Below are positions 7,672 through 16,931 of a DNA stretch of 32,000 bases, piece by piece. The DNA is from Vulcanisaeta distributa DSM 14429 (GTDB taxonomy: Archaea > Thermoproteota > Thermoprotei > Thermoproteales > Thermocladiaceae). The stretch's first letter is position 1. Every line of letters begins with the position of its first letter. The stretch is from contig NC_014537.1 of the NCBI RefSeq assembly GCF_000148385.1, positions 1,080,001-1,112,000 of the forward strand, in the 5' to 3' direction. The notes beneath the pieces were generated by a model. The model had not been told where the DNA came from. It did no database searches and saw only the letters and a program-made list of their open reading frames with translations. The position numbers were made by a program, and so were the translations under genes.

Positions 7672-8994
7672 TTATTTTAGGCATTTTAGTACTTCATCAT
7701 CTATTGCTATGCAGTAGTCATCATCGCATTTCACAATCTTTGTGCAGTTCTTTAGTAACCCAGCATGGGCAATGAAGTTCCTCATATCCTCCTTACCCAC
7801 GCATTTACATTGGCGGGGGAAGCCCTCATGACACATGGGTAGTATGATGTCTGAGTAATAATTGTCATAAACCCTCAAGCCCAGGTTCACAGCCTTAGAA
7901 ATCGCATTGTACATGTCGTTCAATTCATCCTGAATTACGACCCTGGCAACATCACTAAGTTTATCAATCAATCTATGATTCATTAAGTCCCTGAGTTTTA
8001 TCACACCTCCTCTACCCACTGCCTGTCTGAACACGTTATCCCCACACAGCACCTCCTCAATAAGTTTTGAATACACGTTGTATGGCTTTATATCGCCTTT
8101 ATGTTCGTACTTGACCTTCCTCTCCCCATGATTTATCTCGGCGTCTACCTGAAAATTAATGTGATTCTCACGGCATGCACCGTTCCTACTTAGTACCTTT
8201 GGTATTACTGCCAATGCTCCGTAGGACAGTGCCTTAACGACTTCATCAGTTACCTCCTGAGGTAATACCAGTTGCCTCATATTTTCGTAGATTAACTTGA
8301 TCACCTCAAAACTACCTGGCAGCGCATTGTACACCCTTATGAAAACCTCACCCGCGCCCTTTATCAGGGCTAGTGTGGCTATGTACCTGGTCATTTGATA
8401 CGTGAGCGTTGGCATGAAGTTTATGCCGTGGGTAACGTCTAGGAATAAGTATAAACGCTCATCATCCGTAATTAAGTCCTTAATACTATTCCAAAGCCCA
8501 ACGAGCAACTCACTGGCTATTAAATCTGGGCTATTCCCACCCGCGAACTCCCAATCACCTAATCGACCCCTGAGTGATGTCACCACAACCCTTACATTAC
8601 GAGTATCACCCAGTAATTCCCTGACGATACACTCAATGTAGCCCTTCACTAAATCGCGCCACCCACTTAAATCGCCTACCCTGCTTGGCGGAGCCAACTT
8701 ACTGCATTCATTATTAGCGCATAGTGAGTATTTCCTGGCGCACTCGACAGCCTTTGGATTTTGCTGTCCTGCCGATGCGGTTATTACGCTATCGAGCACG
8801 TAGATTACGTAAATATCAGCATTACTCATGCACTTGATTGAGGAATACGTATCCCTACACTCCCTCTCCCTTGAACCACATAAGTCCTCATCAGTGCATT
8901 TGTAGGAAACGGCTCTCCACTCCAGCGGGTTCCCCCACGTCGCTATGTAAACCCTCTTCACGCCGCCCATCACTAAGTCACCCGATAAGCCCAA
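7672..8994 (-). CDS. csx1: Csx1-family CARF + HEPN ribonuclease (DxTHG family)
   Basis: It has an N-terminal CARF beta1 (KRVYIATWGNPLEW), the DxTHG motif (LDVTHGINFMP) and a C-terminal HEPN R-x4-H motif (MRNFIAHAG). An alternative start is ATG 8970 (MGGVKRVY). Confidence 0.8.
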   Translation of the reverse strand: MGLSGDLVMGGVKRVYIATWGNPLEWRAVSYKCTDEDLCGSRERECRDTYSSIKCMSNADIYVIYVLDSVITASAGQQNPKAVECARKYSLCANNECSKLAPPSRVGDLSGWRDLVKGYIECIVRELLGDTRNVRVVVTSLRGRLGDWEFAGGNSPDLIASELLVGLWNSIKDLITDDERLYLFLDVTHGINFMPTLTYQMTRYIATLALIKGAGEVFIRVYNALPGSFEVIKLIYENMRQLVLPQEVTDEVVKALSYGALAVIPKVLSRNGACRENHINFQVDAEINHGERKVKYEHKGDIKPYNVYSKLIEEVLCGDNVFRQAVGRGGVIKLRDLMNHRLIDKLSDVARVVIQDELNDMYNAISKAVNLGLRVYDNYYSDIILPMCHEGFPRQCKCVGKEDMRNFIAHAGLLKNCTKIVKCDDDYCIAIDDEVLKCLK

Positions 8995-9859
8995 CCAACC
9001 TCCTGAACCACTCTCTAACCTCTACCTCACCATTCCTAATGTCTATCACACCACTCTCCCTAAGGTCCTCAGGGTCTAGACCGACTGACCTAAGCTCATC
9101 CAGTGTCGGTCTCCCGCTCAATGCCTTTACATACTTGCTGTCCAGGGTTATTGGTAGTATTGGTAGTTCCACGACCTCCCTAAACGTCTCGTGGGCATAG
9201 ACCACCCTCCAAGCCCCAGCGAGTATGGCAACAACCGTTAGGTACGCTGACTCGGGCTTGAAACCACCCGTTGGGTTCACAACGACCTTATAACCATCCC
9301 TCCTCAACCTCACTATGTTGCTCACGAACCTATCCATCAAGTCCGTAAGCCCCTCCCTAAACCACTCAACGCCCCTACCGAAGCCCTTTAGGACAATTGG
9401 CTCATCAATGATTAGTGCGGAATACGCAGGTATGCCTATCAAGCCCCTGAAGTCTTCCTGAAACCTCCTTAAGTACTCCGTTATGGCCCTTGCGCAGAAC
9501 CTGGAGGTCCCCGTGTCCGTTGGGTAGAACTGAAGTCTCAACTCGCTGATAACGTGTCTTGCGGGTAACGACTTGATAAAGGCAATTATGGAATTAAGCT
9601 CTGCACTGAAGCCAGCCGGGTCCTTGCTCAATGCCTTAACCGCGTCCTCGAGGACCTCACCACCCTTGGCAGACCACTCCTCGAACGACCTCTGCAGCTC
9701 ATCATCAACGGGTAACCTACTGGGTGGTTTAGCCCTATTTCCGAAGACCTCCCTAGACCTCAGGGTTAGTTTGTCGATGTTTCTCTCGAGGTTTCCAAGG
9801 AGGCTTGTGCCCACGGTGGATAATACCGCGATTCTAAGGGGCATACTATGAGTATGCAC
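8978..9859 (-). CDS. CARF-domain protein, APE2256/SSO1393-like family (candidate ring nuclease or regulator) with a small C-terminal helical tail
   Basis: Motifs present are LSTVGTSLLGN, SAELNSI, FYPTDTGTS and VVNPTGGFKPES. It is a paralogue of the gene at 21763-22551. The likely start is ATG 9844 (MPLRIAVL), about 25-30 nt from the A/T box AATACTTAAAACG (rc of 9868-9880). Confidence 0.65.
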   Translation of the reverse strand: MHTHSMPLRIAVLSTVGTSLLGNLERNIDKLTLRSREVFGNRAKPPSRLPVDDELQRSFEEWSAKGGEVLEDAVKALSKDPAGFSAELNSIIAFIKSLPARHVISELRLQFYPTDTGTSRFCARAITEYLRRFQEDFRGLIGIPAYSALIIDEPIVLKGFGRGVEWFREGLTDLMDRFVSNIVRLRRDGYKVVVNPTGGFKPESAYLTVVAILAGAWRVVYAHETFREVVELPILPITLDSKYVKALSGRPTLDELRSVGLDPEDLRESGVIDIRNGEVEVREWFRRLVGLIG

Positions 9860-9903
9860 TGCTCTCTCGTTTTAAGTATTTGGGATGCCGAGCCTTGAGG
9901 AGG

Positions 9904-11214
9904 CTATGCCGGATTTATTTGTTGGTTCAGTATTTTCGTGAATGCGTATAGCTGGATTATTGCGTGATACAGCTCTGGGCTCTTTGGCTCTGGTACTTTG
10001 AGTCTGTCCTTGGTTATTAATTCGGAATTCAGTCCATACCTCTGCCATAGCTCATGCGCCCTCCTATCCATGGTCAATAACTTCTTACCACTTAACGCTA
10101 CCCTATCCGTGGTTGGTAATACTACATCGCACTCGTAAGGTGCCGTTGGCACGTACGCGGCATTCAGCCTCAATTGCTCGAAGGCAAGCTCCACGGCCTT
10201 TGCAAGTACGGGTCCACAGTCACGCTTCTTCTGGGTCGCTGCGTGGAGTACCTCCACCTGGACGCAGTACGGTATCTCCACCTTGACCGGCAGGTTATGT
10301 ATACCATGGTATACCATGTTTGTATCGATTACGTAGTCCCCATCCTCAAGATCCATAACTCTAAAACCAAAGAAGTCAATTAACTGATCTACATCATCAT
10401 AATCCCTATCACTTGCGCAGTTAAATATTGCCTCAATGAGTTTCCTTACCCTATCTACGTCCACAGTTTCGTCGCTGCTCACATCACGACTATAGGTTGG
10501 GTTAGTCCTTAACCTAATGCTTTCAACGAGGGTATCATCAATTAATAGCCTTAATTCACCTTTACTTAGTTCCAGCCTTAAACTATTGGGCTTCACGTTG
10601 CCGTCCGCGTATACGTGAGGTGTTGAAACTAAGGTATTTATTAGGCAGGAGATTCGGGCGACCTCCCTCTTTAGGTTCGAGTTTAATATATTTATGTTAA
10701 GGGCATCACCTCTAAATGTATCGACGAATTTATCGCAATTCTCAATCAACGTTTTTAGCGCCTCATTAGGAGGCTTATTATTTACCTTCACATTACCGAA
10801 CAACTGAACCCACTGTAGCCACCTGGGTACTAATGGGTAGAATAGGTTTGTCCAGGGGCCGAATGGGAACATGATATGCATTATGGGGACTCCCTTCTGT
10901 GTTGCGAGCCTTGTCATGCATATTGCCATCCTAACAGACGCTGAAGATGGTATAACCACCGCATCGCCGTTAATCACCCCATTGAGATCCTCACAGCCCC
11001 TAAATAACAGCCTAACAGACCTAACGCCTCTCTCATTGAGTAGTTTTTCGATGAATTCGGCTGTGCGTTCTGCCCTTCTGAATCCTGAGTGGACGATGGT
11101 GACCTCAACGTCTGGCCCCAATAATTCATACGCCCTAAACACGGCTGATAAGGCCGATTCGGTGGTGTACGAAGGCGCGCCCACACCAATAATTAACCTC
11201 ATAGCAATAGGCAC
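9904..11214 (-). CDS. Csa3-like CARF/Rossmann N-domain fused to a C-terminal PIN nuclease domain
   Basis: The N-terminus, RLIIGVGAPS...DVEVTIVHSGFRRAERTAEFIEKLL...DAVVIPSSASVRMAICMTRLA, parallels the csa3 CARF layout (VVIAITGGVRAFSAV). The C-terminus has PIN acidic motifs YVIDTNMVYHG, VQVEVLHA, YECDVVLPTTD and KKLLTMDRRAHE. An A/T box (rc of about 11226-11240, GTAAAAATTAAG) lies upstream. Confidence 0.55.
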   Translation of the reverse strand: MPIAMRLIIGVGAPSYTTESALSAVFRAYELLGPDVEVTIVHSGFRRAERTAEFIEKLLNERGVRSVRLLFRGCEDLNGVINGDAVVIPSSASVRMAICMTRLATQKGVPIMHIMFPFGPWTNLFYPLVPRWLQWVQLFGNVKVNNKPPNEALKTLIENCDKFVDTFRGDALNINILNSNLKREVARISCLINTLVSTPHVYADGNVKPNSLRLELSKGELRLLIDDTLVESIRLRTNPTYSRDVSSDETVDVDRVRKLIEAIFNCASDRDYDDVDQLIDFFGFRVMDLEDGDYVIDTNMVYHGIHNLPVKVEIPYCVQVEVLHAATQKKRDCGPVLAKAVELAFEQLRLNAAYVPTAPYECDVVLPTTDRVALSGKKLLTMDRRAHELWQRYGLNSELITKDRLKVPEPKSPELYHAIIQLYAFTKILNQQINPA

Positions 11215-11368
11215 ATAAACCCATACTTAATTTTTACCTCCAACGAGCAAAGCAATGATTGCCCCTCCTTACACCTTAATTAGGGCGGCGTGTATTCAGT
11301 TGAAGGGCGTGGTATGAGGGTTTCAATGGTGTATCTTGACGGGATCGGTATTGTCGGGTCTGAGGTAA

Positions 11369-11797
11369 GTGTTAAGTTTATCCTCCGGTCCTTCCCACGT
11401 GTATTACCTCGTCTTGCCAAGTAGGTGCGGTGGTTCCTTGGCCACCGAGCACTTTGCCTTTAGGCCCGTGGAGTTTGGGGATTTCGCCTACGCATTCATT
11501 AGCGCCTTTAATGAGTGCGGCACCTTGCCTATGCTTCATATAGCCGGTGTCGGTAGGTTTATCATTAGTAGGGACCTGGGTGTTAGACTACTGGTTTGGC
11601 TTGGTGGGCAGGGGCATGCTAGGTTTAAGTTGCCTAACCTCTCAACTTTAACCCACCTAATTCCCCTCGCCAGGAGGATTAAGTGTAGTTTAGGCGTCTG
11701 CGACTTCTACGGTGACTTGACTCTCCTCGACCTGGCTAGGTTTAGGCATAGGTTACCCATTGAGTATAGGGTGTTACCAACCGGCCCCACCCTCTGA
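11369..11797 (+). CDS. Hypothetical ORF (GTG start) in a 560-nt gap, possibly not a gene
   Basis: It is the only ORF in the gap between two minus-strand operons. It has no recognisable motifs and an atypical composition (very few K/E/D). It overlaps the cas10 3' end by 24 nt. Confidence 0.2.
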   Translation: MLSLSSGPSHVYYLVLPSRCGGSLATEHFAFRPVEFGDFAYAFISAFNECGTLPMLHIAGVGRFIISRDLGVRLLVWLGGQGHARFKLPNLSTLTHLIPLARRIKCSLGVCDFYGDLTLLDLARFRHRLPIEYRVLPTGPTL

Positions 11798-14044
11798 TCT
11801 AGTCTTGAGCACGTATATGTTTATGCTGGCTATCGCCCTCCCCAATACCCTTAGGTACTGCCCTGCACGGCCCTCATTGCCACACTCGACGCTCTTCAGC
11901 ATATTCGCCAGGTTTTCCGGCGTTAATTCACGCCCCAGCTCATTGATTACCTGCGAGACTGTGTCCCTATTTCTATTAAAGTAGTAGGTGTACTCGATTA
12001 AGGCTCGGAGAAGACTCCTTTTAGCGCTTAGGCAATCAGCATTACTGGGTGCCGTCCCTGAATTCTTCTTTTCCTCTTTCAGCACCGCTACTTTATAGAG
12101 TGCGTCGTAGATTTTGACGAGGTGGCTATTTAATCTGTAAAGCATGGATACACCCCTCTCGCGGGTCTCCTCAAGCTCCGCATAGTCATGCTTCCTCGAT
12201 ACGTAATCGACGATGTTTAATACATCACTCGGTTCCAGCATTACCGGGGCCCCGCCGATGTTGATTACATACATTAGCGACGCGTTCCTATTCTTCCTCT
12301 TAGCCTCCTCTAGCCTATTCTCAGTATCTAGCCACACGAGGTAGATTGGTTGATAGACGTCGTGAATCAGCGCGCCGGCGGCGACGTTTATAGAGAATTC
12401 ATTGGCCCTCATGATTAGCCGCGCCATGTAGTCCAGGGCCATGTGGTCGCCAACCACCACCACATCATCACCCCCACTGTATATGAGGAATACGCTGCCG
12501 CCGTACCTAGACTGGTTACTGTTGAGTAGGTAGGCACCGTACGCGTCGAACATGGTCATTAACAGGTTCGTGAATAGTATATACGTGGCCGCGTCCCTCG
12601 AGGCGCTGGCCTTAATCCTACCCATTGAGTTTGCGTCAGCCTTAACAGTTATGGCCATGCCACCCATTTTAATCTCCTCAAGGTCCATAACCTCACCTGT
12701 CGTAGGCTCGGTGGGCATTAGCGTGTTTAGGAAAATGACCGAGTGCGCCACGTCGCTTTTAGGCTCAATCCCGAATTCATTAAGGTGGTAGTGGACGTAC
12801 TCGCTACTGAAGGCGGGGTTAACCCCATCGGGGCATATGGCGTAGTCCACGCCAAGCAGCCTGGCGACCACGCAGCCGCCCCTACTGTAGCTACTGGTCC
12901 TCAACCTCGCTATGAATCCAAGCCTCCTACTCACGGTACCTATCTTGTGGGCCATGCAGCAGAGGTGGCACATTGTTAACGTGGTGCCGTCGGGCATCTT
13001 CACGCTGGTTAAATTCTCAGACGCCATGCCGCACATGTCGCACAGCCCCACCCCGTTAATGACAACCCTCCTGTACCTACCGTACCTCCGCCTGGTGAGC
13101 TCCCTCTCCAATTCATCAACAGCCCCGCGGAACCCTTCATCAACGCCATGCACCCTCGTGTAGGCTATGGCTAAGCCTAGCCTACCTTCAAACTCGTTAA
13201 CCACATCAGACTCCACGCCACTTACAACCTCACTCAGGACCCCATCCTCAACACCCGGTATCAGCATTATGACCTCGCCACCCGTGTTCACCAGTATGTT
13301 CACTGGGCTGAGTACGTCAGCCTTAAGGGCATTGTTAACGTCGTTAATTATCCTAACGGCCGCGGCCTGTTGAATAAGATTTATGAGGATGGACCTACCC
13401 TTTAACTGCCTCATTGCCTGCTTAGTCCTCTGAATCCTACCAATCACGTCCTGTATACCCACGACATCGATACCCAGGAGCTTATAGTTGCCGCCAGTAG
13501 CCTCAGTGGAGGCGTAGGCCATGGCCGCGTGGGCGGTTGAGTAGGCTGAGTAGCGGCTACCACCCTCACAGTTAGAGTATGGGACATAGAGTAGGGTCAG
13601 CTTCATCGTAGCCAGTAGGGTTTCCATAAACTGCTGGTAGTCCACATGCAGGGCGGCTAGGGCATCAATACCCCTGTCCAGTTCATTAACGACGTCTCGG
13701 TAACTCCCCCTAGCCTTAACACCATCTTTAACCACGTCCAGCATTGAGGCCGGCCCGATGGTTAATGCGCCACCCCCTATGAAGTCTATCACGACCCCCG
13801 CATCGCCTTGACACTCCTGACCCGGCTCTATACTCTTACCCACGGCGTAGCTGATGTAGCGCATCACGGAGCCTTCCCTGATGAGCCGCTCAACGTTACC
13901 TACATTAATGCCCAGGCCGGTTAACGGGTCCTTAAGCTTGTTAAGGTAGTGGATGGCGTTATCGACGTCTGAGCCTCCATGTACCCTACGCCTAACTCTA
14001 CCCATTACGTAGAGGGCCGTGGCTATTACCGCCTCCCTACTCAC
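11774..14044 (-). CDS. cas10: Cas10 (Csm1-like large subunit), cyclase-competent, no recognisable HD motif
   Basis: It has the GIDVVGIQDVIGRIQRTKQAMRQLKGRS block, the Cys cluster CDMCG...MCHLCC, and the GGDD motif (FLIYSGGDDVVVVGD). The first 185 aa or so contain no HD dipeptide. Confidence 0.9.
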   Translation of the reverse strand: MSREAVIATALYVMGRVRRRVHGGSDVDNAIHYLNKLKDPLTGLGINVGNVERLIREGSVMRYISYAVGKSIEPGQECQGDAGVVIDFIGGGALTIGPASMLDVVKDGVKARGSYRDVVNELDRGIDALAALHVDYQQFMETLLATMKLTLLYVPYSNCEGGSRYSAYSTAHAAMAYASTEATGGNYKLLGIDVVGIQDVIGRIQRTKQAMRQLKGRSILINLIQQAAAVRIINDVNNALKADVLSPVNILVNTGGEVIMLIPGVEDGVLSEVVSGVESDVVNEFEGRLGLAIAYTRVHGVDEGFRGAVDELERELTRRRYGRYRRVVINGVGLCDMCGMASENLTSVKMPDGTTLTMCHLCCMAHKIGTVSRRLGFIARLRTSSYSRGGCVVARLLGVDYAICPDGVNPAFSSEYVHYHLNEFGIEPKSDVAHSVIFLNTLMPTEPTTGEVMDLEEIKMGGMAITVKADANSMGRIKASASRDAATYILFTNLLMTMFDAYGAYLLNSNQSRYGGSVFLIYSGGDDVVVVGDHMALDYMARLIMRANEFSINVAAGALIHDVYQPIYLVWLDTENRLEEAKRKNRNASLMYVINIGGAPVMLEPSDVLNIVDYVSRKHDYAELEETRERGVSMLYRLNSHLVKIYDALYKVAVLKEEKKNSGTAPSNADCLSAKRSLLRALIEYTYYFNRNRDTVSQVINELGRELTPENLANMLKSVECGNEGRAGQYLRVLGRAIASINIYVLKTRSEGGAGW

Positions 14045-15074
14045 CCTGCCTCACCTCGATGCAAACCCACCCGATCGGTTCATTACCGGCCAGCCTAACC
14101 GTGGCGTCTCCCCATGGCCTATTGAGCCTGCTACTTACATAGTCCGTGATTCTGGAGACTAGGTCTGGGCTATACTTCTCAAGTAGGTTAATCACGGTCT
14201 TCCACCTCCTGCTCGCGCCAAACCCAACCCTCACTGGTACACCACCCCCACATTCAGGTACCTTAAGGCCCCTCCTCCCCTCGAAGGATGAGACCTCGCG
14301 GCTAAACTCCTTAATAGCATTGACTATATCGTCGTAGTTCAGTAACCTAGCCTTAACATCCTCGGTAACGGGGGGATGCCTTATAGCCACCTCGTACTCA
14401 AGCCTAACGCCGGGCCTTAGGCCAATCGCCATAACCCTATACTTATCCTCCCTATCATGGATGCAGTAGACTCCGTAGTCATCCGGCCTAGGTTTAGTTA
14501 ACTGCCTAACCGCCAGGTCCTTGAATAGGCGGTATGGCGCCTTGAGCCTCTCCTCACCGTGAATCCTCTCCATAACCACCGTCAATACGTCATCCTCAGC
14601 CTCAGGGGAGACCATGTTTAACCTAGGCCTCTCAGCCAGCTTCTCTGAAACGGCCCTGGTGAAGCTTTCCCTAAGCTGGGCATCTCTAGCCAATAGCCAA
14701 TACAGGTAGGCGGTCCTGATCAGGCCCTTAACCTCACTTGGCGGTATCCCCTCAGGGCTATGGTCAAGAACCTCAACACCCCCACAGTTGGTTACTATTG
14801 CGTAGCTCCTCACGGAGTACCTCTCAGGCGCCTTCGACATGGTGTTCATTAGGGCGTTTAACAACTGCCCATAGTCCATCGACTTAACGTTAACCAGCTG
14901 CTCGATGGGTAGTTTAGTTAAGTCAATTACGTAAAGCCTACCGCCGCTGGCCACGGCGTCTAAACCTATGCTTAACCTACCTCCACTCAGCACGAAGGTA
15001 GGCGTCTTAACATTGATAACGAGCCTCATACCACAACCACAGTGGGTCAAGCCTCTTAACGCAGTTGGGTCCAT
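14037..15074 (-). CDS. csm5: Csm5-like RAMP (Cas7-group)
   Basis: Motifs present are VKTPTFVLSGG, IPPSEVKGLIRTAYLYWLL (compare IPGSSIKGALRT) and VRVGFGASRRWKT. The probable start is ATG 15029 (MRLVINV). Confidence 0.65.
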   Translation of the reverse strand: MDPTALRGLTHCGCGMRLVINVKTPTFVLSGGRLSIGLDAVASGGRLYVIDLTKLPIEQLVNVKSMDYGQLLNALMNTMSKAPERYSVRSYAIVTNCGGVEVLDHSPEGIPPSEVKGLIRTAYLYWLLARDAQLRESFTRAVSEKLAERPRLNMVSPEAEDDVLTVVMERIHGEERLKAPYRLFKDLAVRQLTKPRPDDYGVYCIHDREDKYRVMAIGLRPGVRLEYEVAIRHPPVTEDVKARLLNYDDIVNAIKEFSREVSSFEGRRGLKVPECGGGVPVRVGFGASRRWKTVINLLEKYSPDLVSRITDYVSSRLNRPWGDATVRLAGNEPIGWVCIEVRQGE

Positions 15075-15930
15075 TCAACGTTTCAAAATCCAGATACTCG
15101 GCACCAACCACTGAACCGTCGGTGATTACGGAGACTGGGCCCATGACGTAGAATGGGCTGCTGCACACCCAACCCCTAACCATAGTGTTCACGCAGCCGT
15201 AAACCTCCCGGCTACGCGGTAGAGCAGTGCCGAGCAGCAGCGCGTGGCTGCCGGAGTCCCTTAGACTGTCGATAGCATCGACTTTAACCACGGTGAAGTG
15301 CCCAAGCCCAATACTCCTCTCCCCACCGACACCAACCTTACCCAGTAGCTCAAGGGCCCGCCTGGCCTCATCCAGGGATGCCCCATCCCTAGTCGTGAAG
15401 TAGAGTACGTAATTGACGTGGGGTTGGAAGGCGGCCACCCTGTAGGTATCGGCATTGCTCAACACTCTACCAACAACATTCCTCTGAATACTTACACTAC
15501 TCCCATAGCTGCTCCTGTACGTGAATTCACGCCCCCCGCACCTAACCTTAAGGTCGTCATCAAGGAGGGGCTCCACGCTGGGTGCATTTAGGCAATCGAG
15601 TGGTAGATACTTCAGCTTCTTAACCCGCTTCAGGACGGCGTGGGCCCTACCGGGGTCGTCCGCGTACTTACTGGCTATTGACGAGAGTAGCTGAATCTTC
15701 AAATCCATGGGCATGGGCACGGTTAACGCAGCCTCTCCATCCACTTCAAAGGCCATTGGGTACATTGACGATGCCCTATCGATGCCGTGGCTAATGCCTA
15801 GGTGTCTTAGATTCTCCAGGGCCGAGTATACGGTATCCGATGGGACGTAGTCGAGGGTGTCCATCAGGCCAGTCCTACCAACCCTGAACGGCTCCTCAAA
15901 CCTAACCACCGCATAGTTGATCCTCATCAC
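15007..15930 (-). CDS. csm4: Csm4-like RAMP (Cas5-group)
   Basis: It has FEEPFRVGRTG...YVPSDTVYSALENL (the SDTLFSAL-type motif) and the C-terminal G-rich loop VGVGGERSIGLGHF. Confidence 0.7.
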   Translation of the reverse strand: MMRINYAVVRFEEPFRVGRTGLMDTLDYVPSDTVYSALENLRHLGISHGIDRASSMYPMAFEVDGEAALTVPMPMDLKIQLLSSIASKYADDPGRAHAVLKRVKKLKYLPLDCLNAPSVEPLLDDDLKVRCGGREFTYRSSYGSSVSIQRNVVGRVLSNADTYRVAAFQPHVNYVLYFTTRDGASLDEARRALELLGKVGVGGERSIGLGHFTVVKVDAIDSLRDSGSHALLLGTALPRSREVYGCVNTMVRGWVCSSPFYVMGPVSVITDGSVVGAEYLDFETLNGPNCVKRLDPLWLWYEARYQC

Positions 15931-16931
15931 GTCGCACCGCAGATGCTCCTCTTAATGGCGTCAAACACCTCTATCCTACCTATGAAATCCCTGAGCTTAG
16001 TCAATTCATCAAACGTGTCTATTTTACTCGGTGCAGGCTCGTTCATTGCCAGGTTGTGGAAATATAGTTCAATATCCTTAAACTTGATGCTTCCATAACC
16101 CCTGCTGCCTGACCCACCTATGTAAGTCTCCTCAACCAGCATCAGGGCCTCGACCAGTGACTGTAGGTAGAAGCGGGCTGGGTAATCCTTGATAAGGTCT
16201 TTCAACTTACTATGCTCATCACACTCTCTACGCCTACACACGTCGAGGTCAAATACCAGGAATGATATAGACCCCTCAAACTCAACATCAGGCTTAACCC
16301 TAAGTATAGTCCTCGGGTCGGCGGCGCTGGTAACCCTATCGATCCTATTCTCGCTCTTCTCCTCGAGGAAGTCCTCGAAGGTTATATTCCCGCAGCCGCC
16401 CTTCTCCCTGCATAGGTCACTGATGTAATCCTCCGATGGGTACATGTCCCTGAATATAGCCCTGGTCGGTGCCCAGCACTTCTCAACAAGCCATGTGTAT
16501 GGATTCTCACCCTCCTCACTGGGCTGGTAATACATCGGTTGAACGGACATGCTACCGAACACGTTATCAACGGGGCAGTATGGGTCATCGTGAATTATCT
16601 TATTACCCTCACCAACCCTCATGTGGTAATATATCTTACCATCCGTGGTACTTAAGCTAAGGCCCAGGGCAAGCTCAAGCAGTGACCTCGCCCTACCCTT
16701 AAGGGAACTGCCCGGTATGTAGGGGACCTTGATCTGGCAATCTTTATAATTCTTGCAATCTTTATAATAATACTGTTTATATATTGACACTGGCTCAACA
16801 TCAGCCGCGCCCATCACCTCCCTAGCCTTAAGGCTCCTAATCAGGAAGCCTGTCTTGTTAATCAGTTTAAACTTTAACTCGAAGATGCCGACCAGCCTCA
16901 ACTGCGGTGAGAGGTACTGCCTCACAGCCAC
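15927..16931 (-). CDS. csm3: Csm3 (Cas7 backbone RAMP)
   Basis: Motifs present are AADVEPV, VPYIPGSSLKGRARSLLE, NRIDRVTSAADPRTILRV and IGGSGSRGYGSIKF. Confidence 0.85.
   Translation of the reverse strand: MAVRQYLSPQLRLVGIFELKFKLINKTGFLIRSLKAREVMGAADVEPVSIYKQYYYKDCKNYKDCQIKVPYIPGSSLKGRARSLLELALGLSLSTTDGKIYYHMRVGEGNKIIHDDPYCPVDNVFGSMSVQPMYYQPSEEGENPYTWLVEKCWAPTRAIFRDMYPSEDYISDLCREKGGCGNITFEDFLEEKSENRIDRVTSAADPRTILRVKPDVEFEGSISFLVFDLDVCRRRECDEHSKLKDLIKDYPARFYLQSLVEALMLVEETYIGGSGSRGYGSIKFKDIELYFHNLAMNEPAPSKIDTFDELTKLRDFIGRIEVFDAIKRSICGAT

Noticed and set aside
11316-11341. A solitary degenerate CRISPR repeat-like segment
   Set aside because: Only about 15 of 25 positions match without gaps (the TTTCAAT core plus scattered identities). 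This cannot be distinguished from chance, so it is not called as a CRISPR feature.
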